From positions 64,294,001 through 64,358,000 of the forward strand of contig OZ336880.1 of NCBI GenBank assembly GCA_965287045.1: DNA of 64,000 nucleotides, read 5' to 3'. This DNA comes from Carcharhinus amblyrhynchos (Eukaryota). The notes below the pieces were generated by a model that was not told the DNA's origin, did no database searches, and worked only from the letters and a program-made list of their open reading frames with translations. Positions 47,069 to 58,541 of the stretch are shown piece after piece; position 1 is the first letter of the stretch; each line of letters starts with the position of its first letter. The position numbers and the translations under genes were made by a program.

Positions 47069-47780
47069 GTGTTGATGTGATCGGCGCAACTCGTGGGCCG
47101 AAGGGCCTGTTTGTGCTGTAGTGTTCTATGTACAACTTTCAATACACTACAATTAATACAGTAACATTCAGGCCAAAGAGAATACATCACAGCAAGCAGA
47201 GTTATCAGAGAGAAGCAGCATGACCAGTGGTAAATGCTGTTGTTCGGTTAGGACTAACAGGTTCATGCAGGGATAGTAATACCTCGCTGTTAGTTATCCC
47301 CATATTGAACAGTGAATACATTTCTTGCACATTTTTAAAAATCATTTTCTGTTGCGATAAGAGTGCCTTCTCCAGGCTTTCTGTTTTCTTTGACATTATT
47401 GGAAAATTAGGTTCCACTCAGTGGGTAATGATAGGGCAGACAAATTCAAATTAAATGTTCAGAACTCATATTGTGCAAACATCAAGGAAATTGATGGATT
47501 GCGGAAGCTAAGAAAAATATCCCACATGTTCATTTTCCCAAGGTTTCTTTTCTTTTGCAGTCATTTACTCTAATATTTTTGAATTATTTTCTAACTAAAC
47601 AGTGTTTGAGGGGTTAGTTATATTTAGTATTTTATTTTTATGCAACCATAAGCCAACCATCAAAGCAAAAGAAAGTTTTGAGGGTGATTTTTAATGCAGA
47701 CATTTTCCCGAGTGGGAGGTTCTGTGCATTTTTAATGTTTTAGTTTTTCCTGTTGCCAAACCAACATTACTATTCCATAC

Positions 47781-48501
47781 TGATACAATATACTGTGCCT
47801 TTAAGAAATGTACTTTAATCATGTTTCTCTGCAGGATGCAGGCCCTTGAATTTGTCGGCACCATGTTGTCTGCAGTGAGTGTATTTTATTGTTATTGAAG
47901 CAGTATAACTGACGTGATGTTTATTTTTAATCTGGACAAATGCAGTATTCTATGGTTTTAAGTGACCCTGAGTTTGCTGAGTGGAGTTTACAGCTATGTT
48001 TCGCAGAGAAGTCCAGTTTTTAGTTTTGACTCTCATTTGCAGCAAGGAGCTCTGTATCTCTCTTTCTCTTTCACCAGAGGCTTTCTAAAAGTTCCAAGTC
48101 TAGGGACCCTCCTAGATTTGATCCAACATTCAAAGGACCAATTCCCAGAAGGTGTTAAAGAGCTGAAGATCCAGCATCACGGGAGCATACTTGCTTTTTG
48201 TGCTAAGTCTAAATAAGAGTGTATGTATGTAGGGTGGTGTTTAACTTGGAACAGCAGAGATAGCTAGCTCTTAGGAGTTATGCTGCGTCATGTTTAAATC
48301 TTTTAATTGGTAAAAGTTGTGCTAATTCTTTTTTGTTATATTTTAACTGCGTTCTTAAATAAACTTTGTTTGACAAAGGCTTCTTCGTGGGTCACTTGAA
48401 CCATAGGTGGAGTGAAACACTTTATGCTAAATTCAAATGTAAAACTTAGGGTTTAGGCTAACTTTGTAAAACACTTTGGAATTTCTATCCTGGGTCTCAA
48501 C
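47781..48501 (+). mobile_element. Solo LTR related to 638-1446
   Basis: tg...gcctttaagaaatg start, AATAAA at ~48358, ends ctcaaca; 3' 150 bp align with 1295-1446. Confidence 0.55.
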
Positions 48502-50196
48502 AGTGACTATAAATGATTAACTTAGATCATGACCCAAAACATTCAGAATATACTGATATAGATTTCTCCCTCAAAATGTTCAGAAGGATTTCAAACAGAG
48601 AAGAAAAGGGAATTATTGCATTTGCATGTCTCATCAGTTAGCCAGGATCTAAGCATGTGAAGATCCCCAAATGGTTTACCTTTAGTTTATTTAAATATTG
48701 ATGGCAATATCAGTTCATTTAAACAACTTAGAATATTCAATGACCAAAATTAGATGTGTTTGCATGGATTTGTATGAAAATGACAGAGGATAGAAGCCTA
48801 CAAACACTATTATTGACAATATAACAATAATGGACATCAAAGTAGACATCTGTAATTACCGTTGTCACTGAGTAGGGGAGGAGAGGCAGACATTGACTGT
48901 TTTGGTGAGCATCTTGAAGAAGCATTACAAAAGTTTGAGGAAATTGTAAAGAATAAGTAATGCCATATGCCATACACATTAATTTTCCTGATATTACTGC
49001 ATCAGAATAATTGTATACACTCTGGTAAGGATGTTACATATCGTGTGTGTCCCTGGCAGATGTGGCGAGCCAATTAAATCTCATTCATTTCAGTGGGTGG
49101 GAATGGCTGTAAAATCTCAGGCCCACTTATGCACTCACTTTTCCAATTGTCACCAGGATTATGTTGTTAGACATCTAAGCTTAGTAGATATCATTTGACA
49201 TTGGCACTTGCTTCAAGAACTGTACATCAAATATTTATCTTATATTGTAATAATAGCACTCTGTCTTTCATTATTAATACTGCCTACACCACACTTCTCT
49301 CCAATCAATGCACAAGTGAAGTTTCTGCAAACATTCAAAGAAACATGGGTAGATTTTTGAACACTAAGTTTCCATAGAAATAATAGGACAATTAATGCTT
49401 TTTAATAACAGAAACCTAAAGGAAACTCACTTAAACATGTGTTTATAAAGAAAGAATACAGTGCGACTTATTAATGAGTGTGCTGGGTGAATTGTTAGGT
49501 GGAATTCTTCCATTTTCAGATTAAGTGATGTGGCAAGGGCAGGAACATTGGATGTTTCCCATTGTGGAGGCATGTGGAAAAAAACACCAAATCTTCCAGC
49601 TGTGAGCTCATTGATTATGCATGTGGGTGTTGTGCATCCTTTTCAGTGGCATGCTAGGCCTGGATGGTGGGTATTTTGCCATCACGTCTAGGTGCCATAT
49701 TGAAAAGGTGCCAAACATCACTGACCTATATTGAAGAAAGAAGGCGGAGCACCTGAAAATGACGATGGGCGTCCTGGGAACATTGATGGAACTCCTGGGA
49801 CATTCTGAAATGGGGATATGCACCCGCTTCAGGACACCTAATCTGGGAGGTTCATCTGAAGGTGCTCCTTTGATCCACTGTTGTAGTATTCCAGTGTCTA
49901 GGGTTGTGAGTGGCCCCCTTCCTGAAATCCGGAGATAGCCCCAGGCATTGTTCAGGTTTTCAGCACACCACATTATTCCAAACTTGTTTCACGTTGGTAT
50001 GCTTTCTTGCTGGCATCACGGAGAATCTGGTGTTGGGGGTGGATGAGGAGGGGGGCAGGTTTTCATCTGCATCCTATTAACAGGATGCAAATGAGGTTCA
50101 CACTATCCTCTGATCCTCCATGGTGGGTACCAGCAAAAGATCCTGCTGCAAATTCACACCAGTATGAAACCTATTTCTGGGCATCTTGCCATATTC

Positions 50197-50219
50197 CACC
50201 ACCACCACCCCCACCCCCA

Positions 50220-50250
<31 letters not shown>
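50197..50250. repeat. (CCA)n / (CA)n microsatellite
   Basis: ccaccaccaccacc...cacacacacacacacacacacacacacaca. Confidence 0.95.
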
Positions 50251-50251
<1 letters not shown>

Positions 50252-50919
50252 TTACCATTGAACCTGCCATCAGGGGCTTCGGAGAGTTCGATCCTCTGAT
50301 TATCCTCAGGTAAAGGCTGTTGTTATCTAATATATAAATATTTATCTAAAGCTTCAGTGTAACAGCTCGTAGAAAATGAAATGTTTAATAATGAGCCAAT
50401 TCTCCCTGTGCTCAATTTATTCCCTTTAAGACGTGGAAGCGATTGCTTGAGCACTCTGAATGTTGATGGGTATAAGCTTGGGTCTAACCTATCTAGTACT
50501 GAGAACAATGTATGCTTATACAGCTTATCAGAATTGTCTTACACAGTTTTCATCTGACTATTATATTCCAGGATATCCACCATACAATGATTATTAGCCT
50601 TACGAACATTAATTGGAAAATGACAATGAAGGAGACTATTATGTTAAAGCTCAAAATAGGTTATCACATTCTTCCAATGTTGAACAACGTAAAGATGACA
50701 GAATTAGCAAAATTATAGTTGTTAAAACCATTTAGTTGCTCTGAGAATTTCTGAAAAGAAGACAATGAGTTGAATTTTGCTGCTCGGGTGCCAAGCCCAA
50801 TTTGTGGGTTGAGAACCCAGATGTTCATGAGATGAGACATCTGGCGTGATCCTCTCAGAAGGGGCCAATTAACAAAGCCATCTCTGGAAGTACTGTCCAA
50901 TTAGGGATGGCAGCTGCCC

Positions 50920-51420
50920 TATGGATGTGGGAGGACAAATGTGCTTGAAGTGAAGGGCATCCAGCAATCTACTGTGAATGCTGTTAAGATGCTATGGGAA
51001 TGGGAGAGGGAGAAGGTGGCATTACATGAAGTGGCATATTGCTGATGGGACCATAGCAATTTCCTCATACCCAGTACTATCTGGAGGATCTGTCTGCAGC
51101 TGACAAGCAAACAACTGCAAGTATTTGCCTGTCTCCTAAGGATCATCAATTTTGTCCTTTCGCGACCATTGCATATCTCATGTCATTCTGACCTCCTGCT
51201 CTATTTTTTCCTTGTGAACAGATAAGCTGCAGGCACAGTATGATGCCTTGCATTGTCAGAGAAAAAAATTCTATGGCCTCATATAAATGTCTTCCAAGTG
51301 CCTCTATAATTGCCTTAATTGGCCTCCCACTGCTAATGAGCAGGTTATCTTCATCACATTGAAGGCATCTTTGGTCAAAGTGCAGAGGAGGCAGAAACAC
51401 ACTAGGGAGCTGACCTGATG
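50920..51420 (-). pseudogene. Possible decayed Harbinger transposase fragment
   Basis: Minus: LQLF...RQILQIV..Y.GNCY (cf. QLVCD..ILxVxARYPGSCHD) and CWMPFT; weak and frameshifted. Confidence 0.3.
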
Positions 51421-52049
51421 TATTTTTTTTCATTTTCTCAGCGCTGCCAAACTCACCCACTATTTCAGGAAAATGTTTCAATGTTAAGACTTTGTAGCCA
51501 CAAATCCAGCAAACAGGAAAGTAATCAAATCTTTTCACATCTTCATTATCAATTCAATAAAAACCAGTATCACATTCTGTAACCGTCTTATTAATAAATC
51601 AACAGAAAGGAAAATCCCAAGTCCTATTTACCCTGATAAAAAGAAAATATGTTTTTGAAATGTAGCTTACTTTTTAACTTAAAACAATTTGACATTTTGA
51701 TTTGACTCTGGAATTTTGAAGATACCAGGCAAGTGAGTATACAACAATGTGTAATTAAAATACTTTCTTGAAAAAAAACATTTGGATGGAATAACACAAA
51801 GATTATAATTTATTTACAGAACAGTGTAGATTTTTGCCAAATTTATGGTGAGTGATCAGGAGAACCACAGCAGAAATTTAACCCTCTGGTGTCAGCTAAA
51901 TAGCTGAAGAAATAAACTATAGCTGTGTTGGACCATTGATTGTAATTATTAAAGCATTACTTTGTTAAATTCTTTGTTAGAACATTCAGAAGTCCAGTGA
52001 AAATACACTTTAGAAATTAGACTGCAGGCTGTCCAGAATACCTTATAAT

Positions 52050-52240
52050 TCTTTCTTTTACTCTCATTCTATGCTTCTAAAACTTCACTCTAACTCTCCC
52101 TACATCCTAACTATAACACTACATTCTGCACTCTCATTTCCTTCTCTACGAACGGTATGCTTTGTTTGTATAGCACACAAATAACAATACTTTTCAATGT
52201 ATGCTAATATATGTGACAATAATAAATCAAATCAAATCAA
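52050..52240 (+). mobile_element. LINE 3' tail with (AAATC)n, probably Rex/Babar-type
   Basis: acattctgcactctc...tacttttca.tgta..ctaata.atgtgacaataataaatcaaatcaaatc. Clade assignment is from memory. Confidence 0.55.
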
Positions 52241-52514
52241 TGCGGCTTCAACCATTCAGCTCTTGTATTTGGCTGATGGCACAATCCTTTTGGCTGCAGT
52301 TTACAAGGAAAACATCTCCAGTGTACCTCATAAAGTTAGAGGCAGATCAGACTGGGCTGGTAGACCTCAGGCAGACCTTCAAACCCACCAGCCAGCAACT
52401 GTAAAGCTCTACCCCAGGTTTCCAAAATGTCTTTCTGTTCTTGTCCTCATTGCTTTTTCTGCCTCATTTTAGTAATGTTACACCAGAGTTCTCATCATGG
52501 AAAGTGGTCAGAAG

Positions 52515-52845
52515 CCTGGGACAACATTCAGGCTGGGACGGATGAGTGACAAATAACATATATGTCACCCAAGTGCCAGGCAATGATCACCTCCGTCAAG
52601 AGAGAATCTAACCATCTTCCCTTGACATTCAATGGCAATGGTAAATCTCCCACTACCAACATCTTGTAAAGTCCAAATACATCACATCCACTGATTCCCC
52701 TTTATCTATTTGACTAGTTACATCCTCAAATTACTCCAGTAGATTTGTTAAACATGATTTGCCTTTCATAAATCCATGTTGGCATTGTTCAATCCCATTA
52801 ATGCTACAAAAATGTTTTGTTATCATGTCTTTTACTAGTACTCTT
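52515..52845. mobile_element. Two abutting old LINE RT fragments (52515-52665 +, 52665-52845 -)
   Basis: DNIQA..DE*QITY..PKCQAM.I on plus; QHGFMKGKSCLTNLLE...VDVMYLDF on minus. Confidence 0.7.
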
Positions 52846-52884
52846 CTTATCTTTAATGGTACCATTAACATCCCCTTTTGCCTG

Positions 52885-53232
52885 ATGTCCATGACACCTT
52901 GTCAATCTCTCCTTCGCTTTGACCTATCCCTGTCCCTCCACCGTGGCCCACCTTCTCCACCCACCTCTCCAACTATATAATTCTTAACGTTTTATTGCTC
53001 CAGTTTTGTGGAAGGGTCACGTGGACATGAAACACTGGGCAGGATTTTACAGCCTCGCTCACCCTGAAACTGTAAAATCCCACCGAGGTCAATGGACCTT
53101 GTCATGGCCTGCCCTTCGCCCACTCTGATTCCTGTGGTGGATGGGGCAATAGAATTCTGGCCATTAGCTTTGTTTCTTGCTCCACGGATACTGCCAGACA
53201 TGCTGAGTTTATCCTGCATTTTCTATTTTTAT
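52885..53232 (+). mobile_element. Penelope-like pseudo-LTR (family 2) interrupted by a MITE
   Basis: gaagggtcac.tggac.tgaaac|attagc decayed hammerhead; continues ctccacggatactgccagac.tgctgag. Confidence 0.6.
53037..53162. mobile_element. MITE (same family as 19482-19609), 3-bp TSD act/att
   Basis: gggcaggattttac...tagaattctggcc; interior gtaaaatcccaccgagg. Confidence 0.7.
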
Positions 53233-53392
53233 TGGGTAATAAACACTGGCCTAGCCAAAGATGCCTACATGCTGTGATCGAATAAAAAAAGTCAACATGG
53301 CATTAGTTATGAATTTTATTGAAGATATTTGGCAATGTGATTTGGCCCAAAACACAAACTAAAATCCCAACTCAGAGGCAGTTTACTTTCCT

Positions 53393-53743
53393 TAGAAACA
53401 TAGAATCATAGAAATCCTACAGTGCAGAAACAGGCCATTCAGCCCATCGAGTCTGAACCGACCACAATCCCACCCACGCCCTACCCCCATATCCCTACAT
53501 ATTATACTCACTAATCCCTCTAACCTACGCATCTCAGGCCACTAAAGGGCAACTTTAGCATGGCCAATCAATCTAACCCGCACGTCTTTGGACTGTGGGA
53601 GGAAACCAGAGCACCCGGATGAAGCCCATACAGACACGAGGAGAATGTGCAAACTCCACCCAGATAGTGACCTGAGACGGGAATCGAGCCCAGGTCCTGG
53701 AGCTGTGAAGCAGCAGTGCTAACTACTGTGCTACCGTGCCATC
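53393..53743 (-). mobile_element. HE1-like SINE, tail A, full length
   Basis: catagaatcataga.atcctacagtgcag ... gcagcagtgctaactactgtgctaccgtgcc. Confidence 0.9.
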
Positions 53744-53799
53744 CACAATGAATCCATGGGTTGTGCGAAATCATGATGAGTGCTTGTAAATACACTGTA

Positions 53800-54390
53800 T
53801 AAAAAAGTTGACTGCATTGGGGTACCTTTGAACTTGAATCATGTTTGAAATGACACTTGAAACTTGTACACCTGGTGTGCTAAGTGTAATCATACAAGAT
53901 GTATAATTACACTCAGCACTTACAAGGTGTTAATAAACTAATGTATTTCTCGCCCTGTAATAAATATATGCATTATGTGTAGTTTATCATGGGGTATTAT
54001 GATATTATGTAAAGGTGTAGATTTAAATATAAGTGGTGCCTACCACCACATGGAGATCATGCAATTGTGTCAAATCATTGCAGAACAGCCATAGGTTTCT
54101 GAAAAACTAAAAGCCTGAAAACCATCATTATCAATTCAACCCAATCCCCTGGATGCAGTTTGATATGGTCGCCTGAGATACCAAAGTAATCATTCCCTGG
54201 TGACTGGAAGGAGCTCTTGGCATGATAAAAATTCACAGCTGCTGTTAACTTCATAGCCACAGGTGATAGAGGGCTATCAAAGAGGACTATTCAAGGTCAG
54301 CATTTAACAAATAACATGCATCAGTAACTTCATCTCTGTTGAGCCAAAAACAAATGCTTCCACCACTCATGGTTTAAATGCTAAACAGTG
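53800..54390 (-). pseudogene. Decayed PIF/Harbinger transposase fragment
   Basis: Minus: DEVTDACYLLNADLE, PVAMKLTAAVNFYHAKSSFQSPGNDYFGIS (ORF 54075-54260), same motif block as 25870-26440. Confidence 0.7.
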
Positions 54391-55851
54391 AGATTGTGAA
54401 CTGTAAATTTTCTGGGAAGGTCAATTTGTCCTCTGTGGCATTTCCTTTATGTCCTCCTGCTCGTTTAAAAACCAACATCTAAAGCATATTCCGATGCTTA
54501 TATGTGTCATTGACAATGTTAACCAACTTCAATTTGAATGCATCAAGCAAAAAAGAGTAGGAAAGAATTCCATTTAGAAAATTGCAGATGACTATCATTT
54601 AGTTGAGCCCACCTTAATAATTGCTTTGACTGATATTTCATTGGTATTGCATTTATCATTGCATTCACAGAAGATACAAACTATTATAACCAGTACACAT
54701 GGAGGGCAGGATTTTGGGGTTGGCGTAGCAAACTGTTGACATTGGCTCGCAAACAGATGACATTGATTTTGCCTCAGTTGGCCAACTAGTGGTGGGTAGC
54801 TGCCCTCATTGTCCAACTAAGGACGGCAGGCAGACTCCCAAAACTGGAGTGGCGATAGGATACTCTCCAGTATGGAAGTTGTTGCAGCCTTCTGAAACAG
54901 ATAAAGTAGAGGGAGGATGCATTCATCTTAAAGGGATCTCTCAGCACTTTTAAAATTTTTGAAGTGGAGAAGAAAAACCCATAGCTGGTAAATTAACATG
55001 GAGGAGATGTTGGGAGGTGGGGGGTGGGGACAGGGTAGGGGATAGGGGTGGGGAGGGGCCATGTACCCGAGTGCTGCCTGTTAGTGGATGTGGCCAGGTT
55101 GGTGAGGAAAGAGGTCAAAGTCTTATTTGAGCACTGGACCCTTAGTCTGGGGTCTGCCAGAAAGCCACTTCAGACTAGCTGCCATATTTCTAATAATGCA
55201 GGGGATCCACAGCCAACTATAAGATTGCAATTAGCATCTGATCAAATGGCCTTAATTGGCCTTTTAATACCCTTAAAAAAGTATCCACTATTTCCAGCCA
55301 TTCCAACCCTCATCTAGCCTCTTGGAAAATAGTAAAATAGTTCAAGGATAGGATGATGTTGGCAAACAATCACACTGGTGGGCAGTGTGAAATTACACCC
55401 CTCCCCATCCTCCCAGACTCAGTTTCCAACCCATATCAAAATGAAAACCCTGCCTTTAGTTACATTATGCAAATAAGATACATCTAGCATGTTACTGCAC
55501 GCATCAGTGACTTGACAATAACTTATATTTAAGTGGTTCTTCCTTAAGAGTGTAAATAATTGTCCTACAATAACATTTGATTCCAAATAATTTTTTCACT
55601 CAATGTTGTACTATTGTGTTCAATAGTTATATTGCATTAACAATATAATCATAGCATGAGATGGACTGTTTCCTGTGACTGGAGGAAAAACCTTTTTTAA
55701 AAAACCCCACAGCAAGTGGCTAGGAACTGGAATGCACTGTATGAGAGTATGGTTTTGTTTACATCTTGGGAGAAATTCTGAGCCCACACAATCCATCCAT
55801 GGGAATAATAACATGTGCCCAAAATCCAACTCAGAGACAGTTTACTTTCCT

Positions 55852-55992
55852 TAGAAACATAGAATCATAGAATCCTACAGTGCAGAAAGAGGCCATTCAG
55901 CCCATCGAGTCTGCACCGACCACAATCCCACCCACGCCCTACCCCCATATCCCTACATATTTTATCCGCTCACCTCTCTAACCTGCATCTCA
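55852..55992 (-). mobile_element. HE1-like SINE 3' part, tail A
   Basis: Near-identical to 53393-53535. Confidence 0.85.
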
Positions 55993-56165
55993 TTAAGACC
56001 ATTATTTGAGACAATAAAAATGATTCTGCACCAGCGAGTTTTGATTTCCGATCTGATAGCCCCCTCGCTGGCGGAGTTTGTGAAACACACCACAAAACCA
56101 CTGAAAGCCCATTTTAATACATTAGCATGTCATTAGCAAGTACTCTCTCCAGAACTTTCTCTGGG

Positions 56166-56473
56166 GAGGCAGCACGGTGGTTAGCACTGCTTCCTCAGAG
56201 CTCCAGGGACTTTGGTTCAATTCTGGCCTCGGGTCACTGTCTGTGTGAAGTTTGCACGTTCTCCCCCTGTCTGCGTGGGTTTCCTCCAGTTTCCTCCCAC
56301 AGTCCAGAGACACACGGGTTAGGTGTATTGGCCATGTTAAATTGTTGCTTAGTGTCGGGGGACTAGCAGGTTAAATACATGGGGTTATGTGGCTAGGGTC
56401 TGAGGTGGGATTGTTGTCAGTGCAGGCTTGATGGGCCGAACAGTCTCCTTCTGCACTGTAGGGATTCTGTGAC
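56166..56473 (+). mobile_element. HE1-like SINE, tail A
   Basis: ggcagcacggtggttagcactgct...ctccttctgcactgtagggattctgtga. Confidence 0.88.
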
Positions 56474-56809
56474 TTCCCCCCTCACTGGATTTTCAGCAGG
56501 CGCTGGTGTGATGTCACACTGGTGGCTTTTACAGCAGCTCCACATAAACGTGAATCTGGTGTTTCACCTCTGAGGGGGATTTTGGAGTTGAGCACTGCTC
56601 AGAGGGCACAGGAGAAGACCTGATGGACTTAGGTGAGTTCAACTCAGGGCTGAGTATGGGAGTACCAGAATCGCCATTTTGGAAAGAGGGGTGGGGAGGG
56701 GGGTCACTGGCAGGCCTCACTTTCCCTTCATGTCGGCTGTGCCAGCCATTCCTCAAGTCTCACCGCCCACGCTCAAAAGTTTGACTTCAGAGACAGGTAG
56801 TATGTTACC

Positions 56810-56945
56810 CAGGCTGGCACTCCTGAGCAACACTGAGGACCAGTGCAATAGTGAGGAAGCGCAGCACTATTGGAGGTGCAGGCTTTCAGATGGAATTTTA
56901 ATTCACGTCTCTGCCTTTCCCTCAGGCAAGCATAAAGAAGTCCTT
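56810..56945 (+). mobile_element. Deu-domain SINE remnant
   Basis: cagtgcaatagtgaggaagcgcagcactattggaggtgc..ctttcagatg, similar to 40150-40205. Confidence 0.55.
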
Positions 56946-56949
56946 AAGT

Positions 56950-57285
56950 AAACAAGATATTGTGGATGCCGGAATCTGAAACAAGAACTGAGGATGCTGG
57001 AAAAACTCAGCAAGTCTGGAAGCATCTAATAAGAGAAAAATAGAGTTAACGTTTCGAGTCTTTTGATTCTTTGTCACAACTGAAAGGAGGGCGAATACAT
57101 TAGAACAGTAGAAACTGTAGCAGAAAGTAGAAATTTAACAGCAAAAGACAGATATCCTGGCGTGGGCGGTGGAGGGGAGGGTTTTTACATTGAGGCACTG
57201 CATGTATGAGATGTAAGATGGAGGAGAAAGGTCAAAATCTAAACTTGTTGAACTCAATGTTGAGCTCCAAGGGCTGTAACGTGAA
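56950..57285 (-). mobile_element. Penelope-like 3' end (family 2) with decayed hammerhead
   Basis: Minus: gTGACAAagaatcaaaagactcGAAAcgttaactc with palindromic aacgtt; gacttgctgagtttttccagcat...gtttcagattccggcatcc. Confidence 0.7.
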
Positions 57286-57915
57286 AGGTTAAATGCTGCT
57301 CTTTATTCTATCAACTAAACAAATGCAAATAAAAAGCCTTGTATAAGTGGCCAGTGGGTTGACCGTGGATATATACAGAAGCACTAATGCATATACTGAA
57401 GCTGAGTGAAAGTAGAAGGGCAGAGAATCTGCATTATTGAGTTTCATGGGCCGTAACTTCCTGGGAGTTGCAATTAGCAACAGATTGCCACTCCAAGACC
57501 AATTGCTAAGCAAGATTTTTTCCCGTGCTTGTCTCACACCAGCTTTAGCTCAGGCCTGAGAGGTCCAAGCAGCTCGGGTCTGAGAGGTCCAAGTGGGTTG
57601 AAGGCAGATCAGGCCAGCAGTTGGGTTTGGGATGCGTGTGGGGGTTTGGTCAGGTCAGGGGTGAGAGTTGTGTCCATGGTTGGGGGTTGCAATCCCATGG
57701 GTGATCAGAGGGATGGGGGCACTGCATGGGGATAGGAGTCAGGTGTCTGATCTGTATCTAACAGTTACCATGAAGTTAAAAGAGGTTTTAATAACTCAAT
57801 TTTTTTTTGAGTAATTATTAATGCAACTGTGGGAACCATCCAAAGTTTGACCCCTTTGTGAACCATCTCAATCTCCCTGAGATATTATATGTGTTTGACT
57901 TTGAATAAAAGCGCA

Positions 57916-58231
57916 TTAAAGTTGAAGGTTTTATTATTAGTGTCACATGTAGGCTTACAGTAACATTGCAATGAAGTTACTGTGAAAATCCCCTAGTCGC
58001 CCCACTCTGGTACCTGTTCAGGTACACTGAGGGAAAACTTAGCATGGCAAATGCATCTGACTAGCATGTCTTTCAGACTATGGGAGGAAACTGGAGCACC
58101 TGAAGGAAACCCATGCAGACATGGAAGAACGTGCGGACTCCACACAGACAGTGACTCATGCAGGGAATCAGACCCCGTTCCCTGGTGCTGTGAGGCAGCA
58201 GTGCTAACCACTGTGCCACCATGCTGTCCGC
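57916..58231 (-). mobile_element. tRNA-derived SINE, tail B, full length
   Basis: ttattagtgtcacatgtaggcttac ... gaggcagcagtgctaaccactgtgccaccatgctg. Confidence 0.9.
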
Positions 58232-58322
58232 CATGCTTAGCATTAGTACTATCCAGATTAATCAGGCACTTCAACAGTCGTACAAGGACTTTTATATTCC
58301 GAAATATAGCAAATGTTGCTTT

Positions 58323-58541
58323 ATAAGAACATAAGAACATAAGAAATAGGAGCAGGAGTAGGCCATCTAGCCCTTCGAGCCTGCCCCGCCATTCAATAAG
58401 ATCATGGCTGATCTGTCGTGGCTCAGTTCCACATTCCCGCCTTCTCCCCATAACCCTTAATCCCCTCTCTTATCAAAAACCCATCAACCCGCGTCTTAAA
58501 AATATTTAGCGAGGTAGCCTCCACCACTTCAACGGGCAGAG
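58323..58541 (-). mobile_element. Young CR1 3' fragment (TTCTTATG tail)
   Basis: Near-identical to 60563-60780. Confidence 0.92.

Larger units (their letters stand above)
43257..47130 (+). mobile_element. CR1 LINE, sister copy of 32433-36785, 5'-truncated within ORF1
   Basis: Colinear with the minus-strand copy from codon ~10 of ORF1 to the gtgttctatg tail. Confidence 0.95.

Noticed and set aside
47205-47417. 70-aa minus ORF as host exon
   Set aside because: GITNSEVLLSLH resembles the CR1 GIxYxSxEVxLxLY segment; likely ancient CR1 debris.
57547-57595. 24-bp tandem duplication (agctc.gg.ctgagaggtccaag x2)
   Set aside because: Simple slippage duplication with no further structure.
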